Made by a program: the position numbers and the translations under genes
Shown: positions 44,509 to 55,182 of the stretch, one piece after another
Layout of the letters: every line of letters begins with the position of its first letter
Numbering within the stretch: position 1 is the stretch's first letter
The notes under the pieces: generated by a model
Told to the model about the DNA's origin: nothing
What the model saw: the letters and a program-made list of their open reading frames with translations, nothing else
The model's database searches: none
Origin: an uncultured Pelagibacteraceae bacterium
GTDB lineage: Bacteria > Pseudomonadota > Alphaproteobacteria > Pelagibacterales > AG-422-B15
NCBI GenBank assembly: GCA_902577765.1
Contig: CACHAK010000001.1
Coordinates: 187,183-251,182, forward strand
DNA: 64,000 nucleotides
Direction of reading: 5' to 3'

Positions 44509-45017
44509 TAATTCATTCTTTTAATATAATTTAATGCACCTTCCAAGATAAATGCTGAAGCTAGACTATCAATTTCTTTTTTTTCATTATGGGCAGTTTT
44601 TCTGCTTTTAGAATTATCTGTATATAATTTTTCCACAGCAACAGTAGAAAGCCTCTCATCCCAAAAAGAATATGGAATATTTAAAGATAAATTTATGGCT
44701 CTTGATTTATCGCGGATTGATTGAGCACTTTTTCCCTCACTCCCATCCATGTTTAATGGCAGTCCAATGATGAGGGCTTTAACTTCGTGAAGTTTAACTA
44801 TCTCGTTTATTTCTTTCAGAAAGTCTTTCATATTTGAATATTTAATAGTTCTTAATGGTAGAGCCCCTGTCATATCTGATGTAGAAATTGCAACTCCAAT
44901 TCTTTTACTACCAATATCCAGTCCTAGAATTTTATGGTTACTTTCTACTAATGACTTAAATTCTGCGATATCTACTTCTTTTTTTGTTTCATTAGTCATT
45001 TTTTGACTGTATATCAT
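44508..45017 (-). CDS. ruvX: Putative pre-16S rRNA nuclease / Holliday-junction-resolvase-like YqgF
   Basis: ILGLDIGSKRIGVAIS RNase H-fold start motif and WDERLST motif. The N-terminal ~20 aa may be shorter (alternative Met7). Confidence 0.85.
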   Translation of the reverse strand: MIYSQKMTNETKKEVDIAEFKSLVESNHKILGLDIGSKRIGVAISTSDMTGALPLRTIKYSNMKDFLKEINEIVKLHEVKALIIGLPLNMDGSEGKSAQSIRDKSRAINLSLNIPYSFWDERLSTVAVEKLYTDNSKSRKTAHNEKKEIDSLASAFILEGALNYIKRMN

Positions 45018-45048
45018 ACATTAATTTAAGTTAGTACCTCTTATAAAT

Positions 45049-45336
45049 ATGGAATTTGATAAGAAAAGTCTTTTAAAGCTTGGTAAGTTAGCAAGAATTT
45101 CAATCAATGAAGATAATCTCAATAATCTTAGCAAGGATCTTAATTCAATCTTAGAATTTGTTGATCAGTTAAAAGAAATTAAAACTGATCAAGTAGATCC
45201 GACATCTAATTCCCTTAATCAAAAATTAGAAGTTAGAGATGATAAAGTAGATAATAAAAATAGTACTGAAGATGTATTAGAAAATGCACCTGAAAAAGAA
45301 ATGGACTTCTTTGTTGTTCCAAAAGTGATCGAATAA
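45049..45336 (+). CDS. gatC: Asp/Glu-tRNA amidotransferase subunit C
   Basis: 95 aa. LAKLARISINEDNL...LNSILEFVDQL pattern. Immediately upstream of gatA. Confidence 0.87.
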   Translation: MEFDKKSLLKLGKLARISINEDNLNNLSKDLNSILEFVDQLKEIKTDQVDPTSNSLNQKLEVRDDKVDNKNSTEDVLENAPEKEMDFFVVPKVIE

Positions 45337-46811
45337 TGAAAGATAGTTATACATTAAAATCACTGGCAGTTCTTTTGGAAAACAATAAAATATCTTCGAA
45401 AGAAGTAACTTCAGAGTACTTGAAAAAAATAGAAAGTGGTAAAGAGTTAAATTGCTATAATACTGTATCACAGGAGAAAGCTCTTATTGATGCTGAAAAG
45501 TCTGACGAAAGAAGAAAAAGTCAAAATCTCAAAAGTAAGTACGATGGAATTCCAATTGGAATAAAAGACTTATTTTGTACAAAAGGAGTGACAACAACTG
45601 CATCAAGTAAAATTCTATCAAATTTTATCCCAAATTATGAGTCTACAGTAACTCAAAAGTGTTGTGATTCAGGTCTGATTAGTTTGGGTAAACTAAACTG
45701 TGATGAATTTGCAATGGGCTCAACCAACAAAACTAGTTTTTTTGGTTCGGTAAAGAATCCATGGAAGTCTCTTAATTCTGATAATGAGCTTGTTCCTGGA
45801 GGTTCATCTGGAGGATCAGCAGCAGCAGTGTCAGGTGATCTTTGTGTAGCCTCTCTTGGAACGGATACTGGAGGTTCTATTAGACAGCCAGCTTCTTTTA
45901 CGGGTACTGTTGGATTGAAACCTTCTTATGGTAGAGTATCTCGATGGGGAATAGTTGCATTTGCCTCTTCGTTAGATCAAGCAGGACCAATTACAAAGAC
46001 TGTTGAAGACGCTGCAATTTTTTTAGACATAATATCGGGCCACGATGAAAAGGACTCAACTTCTTCGATTAGTCCAAAAGAAAATTATTATGAAAATTTA
46101 AATCCAGACATAAAAGGGATGAAGATTGGGATCCCAAAAGAATTCAGAAGCGACAAGCTTCCAGTTAGTACTCAAAAAAGCTGGGATGAGTGCGCAGATC
46201 TACTAAAGACTAATGGAGCAGAAATAGTAGATATTAACTTACCCCATACAATGAGCGCTTTACCTGCTTACTATATTATTGCGCCTGCAGAAGCTTCATC
46301 AAATTTAGCTCGCTATGATGGAGTGAGATATGGACTGAGAGTTAAAGGAAACGATCTCATAGATATGTATGAAAAAACGAGATCAGAAGGATTTGGTGAT
46401 GAAGTAAAGAGAAGAATATTAATTGGTACATATGTGTTGTCATCAGGGTATTACGATGCTTATTATATAAAAGCTCAAAAGATTAGATCATTAATAAAAA
46501 GTGATTACGTTGAAGCTTTTAAAAAAGTTGACGCAATTCTCACTCCTTCAACACCTTCAACAGCTTTTGAGATTGCAAATGAGCCTTCTGATCCAGTACA
46601 AAACTATCTAAATGACATTTTTACTGTTCCTGTAAATCTAGCGGGTTTACCCGGTATATCACTTCCCTTCGCAAATGATGAAAATAATTTGCCAATCGGC
46701 TTACAATTGATAACAAATTCATTTGAAGAACAAAAATTACTTAATGTTGCTAGAAATATAGAGAAAACTATTAACTATTCAGAAACTCCAGAAAAATGGT
46801 GGCTCAAATGA
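45336..46811 (+). CDS. gatA: Asp/Glu-tRNA amidotransferase subunit A
   Basis: Amidase signature GGSSGGSAAAV...GTDTGGSIRQPA. 1-nt overlap with the gatC stop. Confidence 0.93.
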   Translation: MKDSYTLKSLAVLLENNKISSKEVTSEYLKKIESGKELNCYNTVSQEKALIDAEKSDERRKSQNLKSKYDGIPIGIKDLFCTKGVTTTASSKILSNFIPNYESTVTQKCCDSGLISLGKLNCDEFAMGSTNKTSFFGSVKNPWKSLNSDNELVPGGSSGGSAAAVSGDLCVASLGTDTGGSIRQPASFTGTVGLKPSYGRVSRWGIVAFASSLDQAGPITKTVEDAAIFLDIISGHDEKDSTSSISPKENYYENLNPDIKGMKIGIPKEFRSDKLPVSTQKSWDECADLLKTNGAEIVDINLPHTMSALPAYYIIAPAEASSNLARYDGVRYGLRVKGNDLIDMYEKTRSEGFGDEVKRRILIGTYVLSSGYYDAYYIKAQKIRSLIKSDYVEAFKKVDAILTPSTPSTAFEIANEPSDPVQNYLNDIFTVPVNLAGLPGISLPFANDENNLPIGLQLITNSFEEQKLLNVARNIEKTINYSETPEKWWLK

Positions 46812-48238
46812 TAGAGGGTTGGAATTTAGTTATTGGAATAGAGATTCATGCCCAAGTTAATTCAAAATCTAAATTATTTTCATCATCACCAACCGATTTT
46901 GGATCTAAACCTAATAGTCAAGTTAGTTTAATTGATGCAGCAATGCCAGGTATGCTGCCTGTAATTAATAAATTTTGTATTGAGCAAGCCGTTAAGTCAG
47001 GAATTGGATTAAATGCAAAAATAAATAAAAATTCTATTTTTGATCGTAAGAATTATTTTTATCAAGACTTACCACAAGGCTACCAGATATCTCAGTATAA
47101 GGACCCAATAGTGGGAGAAGGATTTGTTGAAATAGAAACTAAAAACGGACAAAAGAAAATAGGAGTTGAAAGACTTCATTTAGAACAAGATGCAGGTAAA
47201 AGTTTGCACGATCAGGATCCAAACTTCACTTTTGTTGACTTGAATCGTTCAGGAATTGCTCTAATGGAAATTGTATCTAAACCAGACATGAACTCACCAG
47301 AGGAGGCTGTTGAGTATGTTCGAAAAGTTAGAAGTATTCTAAGATATCTTGGTACATGTGATGGAAATATGGAACAAGGATCTCTAAGAGCCGATGTAAA
47401 TGTTTCTGTAAACAAGCCTGGAAATGAATTAGGCACAAGGTGCGAAATCAAAAACTTAAACTCATTTAAATTTATTCATGCAGCTATCGTTTATGAAGCA
47501 AGAAGACAAATAAAACTTATTGAGCAAGGAGAAAGTGTTAATCAAGAAACAAGATTATTTAATACGCAGTCTGGTGAAACGAGATCAATGAGGTCAAAAG
47601 AAGATGCTCATGATTATCGATATTTCCCTGATCCAGATCTTTTGCCACTCACTTTGGATGATGACTGGATCAAAGGTTTACAAGACTCAATACCAGAATT
47701 GCCAGATCAAATAAAAGAGAGATTTATTAATGAATATTCTCTTAGTTCTTATGACGCAAATATTATTGTTTCAGACAAAGCAACAAGTGAATATTTCGAA
47801 GACGTTGTAAAGAACAGGAATCCAAAACTTGTAACGACATGGGTTACTGGTGAATTATTTTCAATACTTAATAAAAAAAATCTTATTATGGAGGATAGTC
47901 CTATTACTTCAAAACAACTTGGTGAACTAATTGATAACATCGAAAATGGTAAGATTTCAAACCGTCAAGCAAAGGAAGTGCTGGAGGAAATGTGTGAAAG
48001 TGGCAAAGGTGCCTCAGAAATTATTGATGAAAAAGGTTTATCTCAAATTAGTGATGAAAATGAAATAGAAAGCCTAGTTGATAGTGTATTAAATTCAAAT
48101 CCAGAAAACGTTAAAAAATATAAAAATGGAAAAGATAAACTTTTTGGTTTTTTTGTTGGTGAGGCCATGAAACTTTCTAAGGGTAAAGCTAATCCAAAAA
48201 TAGTTAATGACCTTATCAAGAAAAAGTTATCACAATAA
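46808..48238 (+). CDS. gatB: Asp/Glu-tRNA amidotransferase subunit B
   Basis: VIGIEIHAQV and DRKNYFYQDLPQGYQISQ motifs. I prefer ATG 46808 (MIEGWNLVIG), giving an ATGA overlap with gatA. The track start at 46796 adds 4 residues. Confidence 0.93.
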   Translation: MIEGWNLVIGIEIHAQVNSKSKLFSSSPTDFGSKPNSQVSLIDAAMPGMLPVINKFCIEQAVKSGIGLNAKINKNSIFDRKNYFYQDLPQGYQISQYKDPIVGEGFVEIETKNGQKKIGVERLHLEQDAGKSLHDQDPNFTFVDLNRSGIALMEIVSKPDMNSPEEAVEYVRKVRSILRYLGTCDGNMEQGSLRADVNVSVNKPGNELGTRCEIKNLNSFKFIHAAIVYEARRQIKLIEQGESVNQETRLFNTQSGETRSMRSKEDAHDYRYFPDPDLLPLTLDDDWIKGLQDSIPELPDQIKERFINEYSLSSYDANIIVSDKATSEYFEDVVKNRNPKLVTTWVTGELFSILNKKNLIMEDSPITSKQLGELIDNIENGKISNRQAKEVLEEMCESGKGASEIIDEKGLSQISDENEIESLVDSVLNSNPENVKKYKNGKDKLFGFFVGEAMKLSKGKANPKIVNDLIKKKLSQ

Positions 48239-48286
48239 AGTAATTTCTTTTAATCAATATAAATTTGATATATTAAAACAATGTGT

Positions 48287-48380
48287 GGAGAGATGGGTGA
48301 GTGGTTGAAACCGGCTCCCTGCTAAGGAGTTGTGCGGGCTTATACCCGTACCGAGGGTTCGAATCCCTCTCTCTCCGCCA
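48287..48380 (+). tRNA. trnS: tRNA-Ser (anticodon GCU)
   Basis: 94 nt. Acceptor GGAGAGA/TCTCTCC, anticodon stem GCTCC/GGAGT with loop CTGCTAA, long variable arm, T-arm GAGGGTTCGAATCCCTC, encoded CCA. Confidence 0.9.
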
Positions 48381-48391
48381 CACTACTATTT

Positions 48392-50506
48392 TTACGATTC
48401 TTTTTTCTTACTTGGTTTAATTACGGTTTTTCCTCCAACATAAGCACGATTGAGGTTATAAGATAAAGTGTACTCAATTGGTTTCAATCCATTCTCAATA
48501 AATTCATATACTTGAATATTTTCCATTACTCTTTGAACATAGTTTCTTGTTTCTTTGAAAGGTATCAACTCTATCCAATTTTCACTTGTAATATCATCTT
48601 TTCTTGGGTCACCATATTTTTTTATCCATCTGGAAACTCGTGATTCACCCGCATTATAAGCTGCAAGAGACAAAATGTATGAGCCATTGTAGTTTGAGAG
48701 TAACTTATCTAAATATGCACTTCCTAAAATTACATTATACTTTGGATCTTCAGTTAATTTACTCTTTGTATATTCAAGCTTTAAACCTTTTGAGACCCTT
48801 TTTGCAGTATACGGCATAAGTTGCATTAATCCTTTAGCTCCAGCATAACTTCCAGCTTTAGGATCAAATTGACTCTCTTGCCTTGTTACAGAGTGTATTA
48901 GACTTTGTTCTGGAAAAATAATTTTTCCAAATTCAGGTCTCTCAATTTGAGGAAAGCTTAGTGGGTCAAGAATTGTGTGGTTATAATATAAAATTTTACC
49001 TGCTTGAACTGCAAAATCATGTCTGCCTATATCATTTGCAGTTTTGACAGAATTTACAGAAGTACTAAGATTGTTACGATCAGCAAGATCCCAAATAAAT
49101 TTTTTAACCAATTTAGGTCTGTCAAATTCATTTAATAAAGAGATTGATAAATAAACTGGTCGATTTTCTTTATAATCAGTGTTGTTAGCATCGGAATACT
49201 CTACAAGCAATGGTTTAAATAATTTCTTTTCTGATAATTTGCTCGCCGCGAGCTGACCATAAAAGGTAAGACTGTACAAAGAAGCCTTTTCATACCAGCT
49301 TTGCGACTCTGTAGAACTACCAACTTCCTCTAATGCATTTCCCATCCAATAGGCGGCTCTTGCTTTTGAGATTGGTCTTGATGAAACATTCCAAATTTCT
49401 TGAAAATGAAGATAGGCTGACTCTGGATTAGCTAAAAAAGTAAGAGCTATCCAGCCAGCTAACCACTCAGCCTCAGCAATATCTTTACTTTCATTCAAAC
49501 CGTGATTTATGGCAAGTGCGTATGCAGTTTCATATTCATGACGGTCAATTAAACGCCTAATAAGAAAACTTTTTTTATCCCAAAATTTGTCTGGGCGAAC
49601 TAACTCACTTGAATTTGATTTATTGATATCTAATAATAATACTAACGCACTATCATACTTTCTTTTTTTTATTCGCCAATTGATTCGATCATAAACAAGC
49701 CCAGGATCATTTTTTAATTCTTTTGGAACCAGCTTTATTAAATTATCTACACCACCCGCAAATGAAATTAATCCTATCCTGGCTTCAAATAGTTTTTGAT
49801 AATCTTTGTCAACATATTTTACCAATCTGGCTGCAGTCCTATATTTTCCGTCCCACAGTAATTTATTTATTCTTCTCAGATGATGATCTTTATTTAAAAT
49901 ACTTTTATAAGTTTTTATGATTTGAGATTGTTCTTTTCTAGTAAAGCTGCCACCGATATAGCCATCAACGATAAGTCTCTTTCCTTCTTCAGATTTTCCA
50001 CTGTTAAGAAGTGCATTACCTAGATAAATGCGACCCCAGCCTGTTTCTGGAGGATTATCGCTAAAGTAATCTATTAAATCTTCATAATTATCTCTAAATG
50101 TAATTTTTGATTCAGCTTTAAGTTTTATTTTTTCTATTTCAGGCCAATTTGAATTTTTCTTGACATATGTTTTGTAATCAGAAAATGTTAAATTACCTGC
50201 ACCATTATAATATTTAAGCCAGTTAAGAGTTTCTTTTGCTGTTTCATTTTTAATATTACTGCTTATTCCAGTTACTCTATCCCATTTATACTCATCCGCC
50301 TTGTCGAGCGCTAACTCAAATAACTCATAGTCTTTATTGCTCAACAATTGAGAGAGTGCAGGCTGCACTGGTTTTTTTATTGGGATCGAGAACCCAGGTC
50401 CCGGCAATTCAATGTATAGACTTCTCTTTACAGGTGTTATTTCTCCAAAAGAAGATATTCCTGAAATAAAAAATAGACTTACTACAAAAATGATTAATTT
50501 TTTCAC
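48392..50506 (-). CDS. slt: Soluble lytic murein transglycosylase (Slt70-like)
   Basis: 704 aa. N-terminal signal peptide (MKKLIIFVVSLFFISGISS), superhelical repeat region, C-terminal SLT domain ESQFDPKAGSYAGAKGLMQLMPYTA. Confidence 0.85.
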   Translation of the reverse strand: MKKLIIFVVSLFFISGISSFGEITPVKRSLYIELPGPGFSIPIKKPVQPALSQLLSNKDYELFELALDKADEYKWDRVTGISSNIKNETAKETLNWLKYYNGAGNLTFSDYKTYVKKNSNWPEIEKIKLKAESKITFRDNYEDLIDYFSDNPPETGWGRIYLGNALLNSGKSEEGKRLIVDGYIGGSFTRKEQSQIIKTYKSILNKDHHLRRINKLLWDGKYRTAARLVKYVDKDYQKLFEARIGLISFAGGVDNLIKLVPKELKNDPGLVYDRINWRIKKRKYDSALVLLLDINKSNSSELVRPDKFWDKKSFLIRRLIDRHEYETAYALAINHGLNESKDIAEAEWLAGWIALTFLANPESAYLHFQEIWNVSSRPISKARAAYWMGNALEEVGSSTESQSWYEKASLYSLTFYGQLAASKLSEKKLFKPLLVEYSDANNTDYKENRPVYLSISLLNEFDRPKLVKKFIWDLADRNNLSTSVNSVKTANDIGRHDFAVQAGKILYYNHTILDPLSFPQIERPEFGKIIFPEQSLIHSVTRQESQFDPKAGSYAGAKGLMQLMPYTAKRVSKGLKLEYTKSKLTEDPKYNVILGSAYLDKLLSNYNGSYILSLAAYNAGESRVSRWIKKYGDPRKDDITSENWIELIPFKETRNYVQRVMENIQVYEFIENGLKPIEYTLSYNLNRAYVGGKTVIKPSKKKES

Positions 50507-50586
50507 GAAATAGTTATTTGTTTGATTTGCACAAGTATATTTATGATTAAGGTTTTTTTAAATAATTAAAAGTGCTATTGTAAACA

Positions 50587-51459
50587 ATGTTTAAAGGATC
50601 TCATACAGCATTAATTACGCCTTTTGACGGTAAATCTATTGATGAAAAATCATTTAGATCTCTGATAGATTTTCAAATATCAGAAGGTATACATGGACTG
50701 GTTCCTGTAGGCACAACAGGTGAGTCACCAACTTTAAGCCATAAAGAACACAAGTTAGCAGTTGAGATATGTGTTGAAGAAACAGCAAAACGTGTACCAG
50801 TAATAGCTGGAACAGGATCAAACAACACCGACGAAGCAATTGATCTCACCATGCACGCTGAAAAAGCAGGTGCTGATGGAGCTTTGGTGGTTACACCATA
50901 TTATAATAAACCTACACAACATGGTTTATACTCCCACTTTGAGGCAATAAGTAAGGCAACTACACTTCCAATTATTATTTACAATATTCCTGGCAGATCA
51001 ATTGTTGACATGAACACAAAAACAATGAGGGATTTGTTTAAAATTAAAAACATTGTTGGAGTAAAGGATGCTACTTCGGATATACCCAGAGTTTATGAAA
51101 CAAAAACAACAATAGGAGAAAATTTTAATCAATTAACAGGAGATGATGCAACTACGTTAGCTTTTATGATTTACGGTGGCCACGGATCTATTTCAGTGAC
51201 TTCTAACATCGCTCCAAAATTATGTTCGCAATTTATGGAATATTGTTTAGATCAAAATTTTGCTAAAGCATCTGAAATAAATGATAAACTGATGCCGTTA
51301 CATCATGCTTTATTTGTTGAGTCCAGTCCTGCTCCAGTAAAATATGCAGCTTCTAAACTAGGGCTATGTAAGGATGATATAAGATTGCCGCTCACAAGTA
51401 TATCAGATGAAACTAGGCAATTAGTAGATAAAGCAATGAAGCATGCTTCATTAATATAG
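50587..51459 (+). CDS. dapA: 4-hydroxy-tetrahydrodipicolinate synthase
   Basis: [17 protein letters not shown] and GVKDAT (Schiff-base Lys) motifs. Confidence 0.93.
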   Translation: MFKGSHTALITPFDGKSIDEKSFRSLIDFQISEGIHGLVPVGTTGESPTLSHKEHKLAVEICVEETAKRVPVIAGTGSNNTDEAIDLTMHAEKAGADGALVVTPYYNKPTQHGLYSHFEAISKATTLPIIIYNIPGRSIVDMNTKTMRDLFKIKNIVGVKDATSDIPRVYETKTTIGENFNQLTGDDATTLAFMIYGGHGSISVTSNIAPKLCSQFMEYCLDQNFAKASEINDKLMPLHHALFVESSPAPVKYAASKLGLCKDDIRLPLTSISDETRQLVDKAMKHASLI

Positions 51460-51461
51460 CC

Positions 51462-51899
51462 TTGCAAATAGCAGTTCAAAACAGAAAAGCAAAGTATAAT
51501 TATACATTTGTTGAATTATTTGAGGCAGGAATTGAACTACAAGGCAGTGAGATAAAATCACTTCGAAATGGAAGAGTTGAGATAACGGAGTCATATGCAA
51601 GGGAAGATAACAGTGAAATATTTTTAATAAACTCACATTTCTCGAAATATTCTAATGCTTCATATCAAAATCATGTTGAAAATCGGCCACGAAAATTGCT
51701 CTTACATAAAAAAGAAATCATAAAAATTATTGGAAAATTGTATAAAGATTCACTTACATTGATTCCAACAAAAATATACTTCAATAAAAAAGGTAAAGCA
51801 AAATTGGAAATTGCTCTTGCTAAAGGAAAAAAACTACATGATAAAAGAGATGCTAAAAAAAGAAAAGATTGGGTTAGGGAGAAAAAAAAGTACGGATGA
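51462..51899 (+). CDS. smpB: SsrA-binding protein SmpB
   Basis: [10 protein letters not shown]...[15 protein letters not shown] motif. TTG start at 51462-51464 with no in-frame ATG nearby. 145 aa. Confidence 0.87.
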   Translation: MQIAVQNRKAKYNYTFVELFEAGIELQGSEIKSLRNGRVEITESYAREDNSEIFLINSHFSKYSNASYQNHVENRPRKLLLHKKEIIKIIGKLYKDSLTLIPTKIYFNKKGKAKLEIALAKGKKLHDKRDAKKRKDWVREKKKYG

Positions 51900-52414
51900 T
51901 TTACGCTTTAGGAATTGGGTCCAATTCTAACTCAAGATTCGGTAATAAGTTAAACACACTTAAATTTGTTTTAAAAGAGTTAGAGCGTAACAATATCAAA
52001 GTAATAAGGAAATCTAAATTATATTCAACACCACCTAAAAATTTTAAAACTGCTGCTGAAACTTTTTTAAATGCAGCTTTAATTGTTGAAACAAAATTAA
52101 AACCTAAAAATCTACTAATAATTCTTAAAAAAATTGAAAGAATTACAGGAAGATATGCCTATCGTAAAAATACTTCACGAACATGTGATTTAGATATTCT
52201 GCTGCTTAGTAAGTCCAACAAAATATTGATAAATGAGAACAAAAATTCTGTTGAAATTCCACATCCAAGACTTCATGAGAGAAATTTTGTATTAAGGCCT
52301 TTAATGGATATTTGTCCTGGATGGCTCCATTCTGAAAAAAAATCTTCAATTATGAGGCTTCATAAAAGCTTATATATGGAAGATAAAATATACAAAGTTT
52401 TAAATACCCTATAA
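51896..52414 (+). CDS. folK: 2-amino-4-hydroxy-6-hydroxymethyldihydropteridine pyrophosphokinase
   Basis: RTCDLDILL and [20 protein letters not shown] motifs. ATGA overlap with smpB. Confidence 0.85.
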   Translation: MIYALGIGSNSNSRFGNKLNTLKFVLKELERNNIKVIRKSKLYSTPPKNFKTAAETFLNAALIVETKLKPKNLLIILKKIERITGRYAYRKNTSRTCDLDILLLSKSNKILINENKNSVEIPHPRLHERNFVLRPLMDICPGWLHSEKKSSIMRLHKSLYMEDKIYKVLNTL

Positions 52415-52469
52415 ATAGCCAATAATTTTGGGCTTCACTTAGTAAATAATGTATGATTAATAGTGCATT

Positions 52470-54599
52470 ATGGCACAATCAACAGTCTATAAACCTGCAA
52501 AACCGATTGATAAGAATCTTAATTCTAAATTAATAGAAAAAGCTTATTCTTTTGCAGTAGAGTGCCACAAGTCACAAAAAAGACACTCGGGAGATCCATA
52601 CATCTCTCATCCAGTCGCAGTTGCGGACATTTTATTAAACTTAAAATTAGACACTTCAACAATCATAACAGGTTTATTACACGATACACTTGAGGATACT
52701 CTTGCAACAGAAAATGAAATTGAAGAAAAATTTGGAAAAGAAATTCTTCAATTGGTGAATGGTGTTACAAAGCTATCAAAAATTGAAACTTATACAGAAA
52801 ATAAATTCCAGGCTGAAAATTTTAGAAAATTAATTTTAGCAATGTCAAAGGATATCAGGGTTTTGTTAGTAAAGTTAGCTGATCGCTTACATAATATGAG
52901 AACAATTCAATTTATTCCACAGGAAAAAAGAAGACAACGCATTGCAACTGAAACTTTAGAAATCTACGCTCCCCTTGCAGGAAGATTAGGAATGCATGAA
53001 TTCAAAGACGAGTTAGAAGATTTATCATTTCAAATATTAAATCCATCAGCGTACTCCTCATTGATGACAAGAATTGAGTATTTAAAGAAAGATAAATCTA
53101 ATTTAACTGATAAAATAAAAACTAGAATATTCAGTCTTTTAGAAAAGAATGACATTGAATGTCAAATAATAGGGCGTGAAAAAAAAATTTTCTCTGTATG
53201 GAATAAAATGCAGAATAAGCAAATTGCTTTTAGACAATTATCTGATATTTTTGCTTATAGGATTATCACTGAAAGTATTGAAGACTGTTATAGTATATTA
53301 GGCATTATTCATAATCAGTGGTCTGCTGTACCTGGCTCATTTAAAGATTACATATCGACACCAAAAATAAATAATTATCAGTCAATTCATACAACGATAG
53401 TTGGCCCTGAAAGACAGAGAGTTGAGCTTCAAATTCGAACAAATGAAATGAACACAATTGCTGATAAAGGTATAGCCGCACACTGGAGCTATAAAGAGAA
53501 CTATAATTTAGTGGATAATTCTTCTTCAGATCCAGTTAATGTCACTTGGTTGAGAGACTTAGTAGAAATATTAGACAGCGGTGGAAGTTCTGAGGACTTA
53601 CTTGAAGCCACAAAATTAGAAATGTTTCAGGACCAAGTCTTTTGTTTTACACCAAAAGGCGACTTAATTCATTTGCCTGCAAATTCTAACTCTATCGATT
53701 TTGCGTATGCCCTTCATTCTGAAATTGGAAATCGTTGTGTTGGATGTAAGATTAATGGAAAACCAAGACCCTTATTTACAAAATTGCAGAATGGAGATGA
53801 GATTGAAATACTAACATCAAAAAAACCATCTCCATCTGAGACTTGGGAAAATATTGTTACTACTGCAAAGGCGCAGTCATCGATTAAAAGATTTTTTAAA
53901 AAGCAAGAAAAAGATGAATTTACAGGTCTAGGGTTGAAAATATTGCACAAAGTTACAGGTAGAAATGAAGATATCTCACATACAGAAATTATTAATTTTG
54001 CAAAAAGTTTTAATAGAAAAAGTCCTGAGGAGTTTCTTGTTGCAATTGGCAAAGGAAGTATAAAGCCACATCAATTATCAAAGCTTAAACCACGTTCCAC
54101 TTTATCATTTTTTTCTCGATACAGAAGAAGAGACACAAACGATAAGATGCCTTTAGAGATAAGCAATTTCCAACCTGGAATTGCAATTCATTACGCAGAA
54201 TGCTGTTTCCCTTTACCAAATGAAAATATTTTAGGACTTACATCTGAAGATTCAGGAATAATTATTCACTCTAGTTTATGTAAAGAGCTAGACAAAGAAA
54301 CAAAGAAAGAAGATTGGATTACTGCCACATGGAAAGATGTAGACCCAAAGCAGTATTTTTCGTCAAGAATCAAAGTCTCAGTTAAAAATGAACCTGGATC
54401 TTTAGGTAAATTAGCGACCATTGTTGGAAGTGCAGATGGAAATATAACTAACCTTAATATATCTGAAAAAGGTGATGATTATTTCGATATGATTTTTATT
54501 ATTGACGTTCACAATCTTGAACATCTGGATAAGATTATAGAAACTCTCTCAGTGGTAGATATTGTAAGTTCTGTGAGCAGGCTTTTGATAAATTTATGA
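52470..54599 (+). CDS. spoT: Bifunctional (p)ppGpp synthetase/hydrolase (RSH, SpoT/Rel type)
   Basis: HD hydrolase domain (HSGDPYISHPVAV, HDTLEDT, KLADRLHNMRT), synthetase block (ELQIRT), TGS region and C-terminal ACT-like domain. Confidence 0.92.
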   Translation: MAQSTVYKPAKPIDKNLNSKLIEKAYSFAVECHKSQKRHSGDPYISHPVAVADILLNLKLDTSTIITGLLHDTLEDTLATENEIEEKFGKEILQLVNGVTKLSKIETYTENKFQAENFRKLILAMSKDIRVLLVKLADRLHNMRTIQFIPQEKRRQRIATETLEIYAPLAGRLGMHEFKDELEDLSFQILNPSAYSSLMTRIEYLKKDKSNLTDKIKTRIFSLLEKNDIECQIIGREKKIFSVWNKMQNKQIAFRQLSDIFAYRIITESIEDCYSILGIIHNQWSAVPGSFKDYISTPKINNYQSIHTTIVGPERQRVELQIRTNEMNTIADKGIAAHWSYKENYNLVDNSSSDPVNVTWLRDLVEILDSGGSSEDLLEATKLEMFQDQVFCFTPKGDLIHLPANSNSIDFAYALHSEIGNRCVGCKINGKPRPLFTKLQNGDEIEILTSKKPSPSETWENIVTTAKAQSSIKRFFKKQEKDEFTGLGLKILHKVTGRNEDISHTEIINFAKSFNRKSPEEFLVAIGKGSIKPHQLSKLKPRSTLSFFSRYRRRDTNDKMPLEISNFQPGIAIHYAECCFPLPNENILGLTSEDSGIIIHSSLCKELDKETKKEDWITATWKDVDPKQYFSSRIKVSVKNEPGSLGKLATIVGSADGNITNLNISEKGDDYFDMIFIIDVHNLEHLDKIIETLSVVDIVSSVSRLLINL

Positions 54600-55180
54600 A
54601 AACAGAAAAAGAAATAAAAGATTTTTTTGAAAAAGTAGAAGCTATTCAAAATGGGCACTTTATACTCTCATCAGGAAAAAGATCCAAAATTTACTGCCAG
54701 TGTTCAAAGTTATTCGAGGACCCCAGAAATGGAGAGATGGTCTGTGAAGAATTAAAGTACAGAGTGCAAGAAAATATTGGTGACAAGATTGATTATGTTA
54801 TTTCCCCAGCTTTAGGAGGTCTTCTTGTAGGTTATGAGCTTGCAAGATCTTTAGGGTCTAAATTTATATTTTATGAGAGAATTGATAATGAATTTGAGTT
54901 GAGAAGGGGCTTCAAAATTAAGGAAAATACAAATGTCTTGTTTGTTGAGGATGTTATTACAACTGGGAAATCAACAAATGAATGTTTAGAAAAACTAAAA
55001 CCCCTAAATATTAATTTATTAGGCATCGCAGCAATCGTTGATCGTTCAAATCATAAATTATTTAAAGATCACAATGTTATATCAGTCCTAAAACTCGATA
55101 TTCCAATTTATGATCCTGATAACCTCCCAGACGATCTTAATAAAATACCTGCAACAAAACCTGGCAGTAGAGTAATATAA
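54596..55180 (+). CDS. pyrE: Orotate phosphoribosyltransferase
   Basis: GHFILSSGKRSKIY and PRPP-binding VLFVEDVITTGKS motifs. ATGA overlap with spoT. Confidence 0.85.
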   Translation: MKTEKEIKDFFEKVEAIQNGHFILSSGKRSKIYCQCSKLFEDPRNGEMVCEELKYRVQENIGDKIDYVISPALGGLLVGYELARSLGSKFIFYERIDNEFELRRGFKIKENTNVLFVEDVITTGKSTNECLEKLKPLNINLLGIAAIVDRSNHKLFKDHNVISVLKLDIPIYDPDNLPDDLNKIPATKPGSRVI

Positions 55181-55182
55181 AA

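Noticed and set aside
48239-48286. Promoter-like TTGATA/TATATT upstream of tRNA-Ser
   Set aside because: The hexamers are too close to the tRNA 5' end or lack a credible partner. The tRNA may be processed from the gatCAB transcript, and the sequence alone cannot decide.
50507-50586. Possible lysine riboswitch or other leader upstream of dapA
   Set aside because: The 80-nt divergent gap must also hold two promoters. It is too short for a lysine riboswitch, and no conserved stems are visible.
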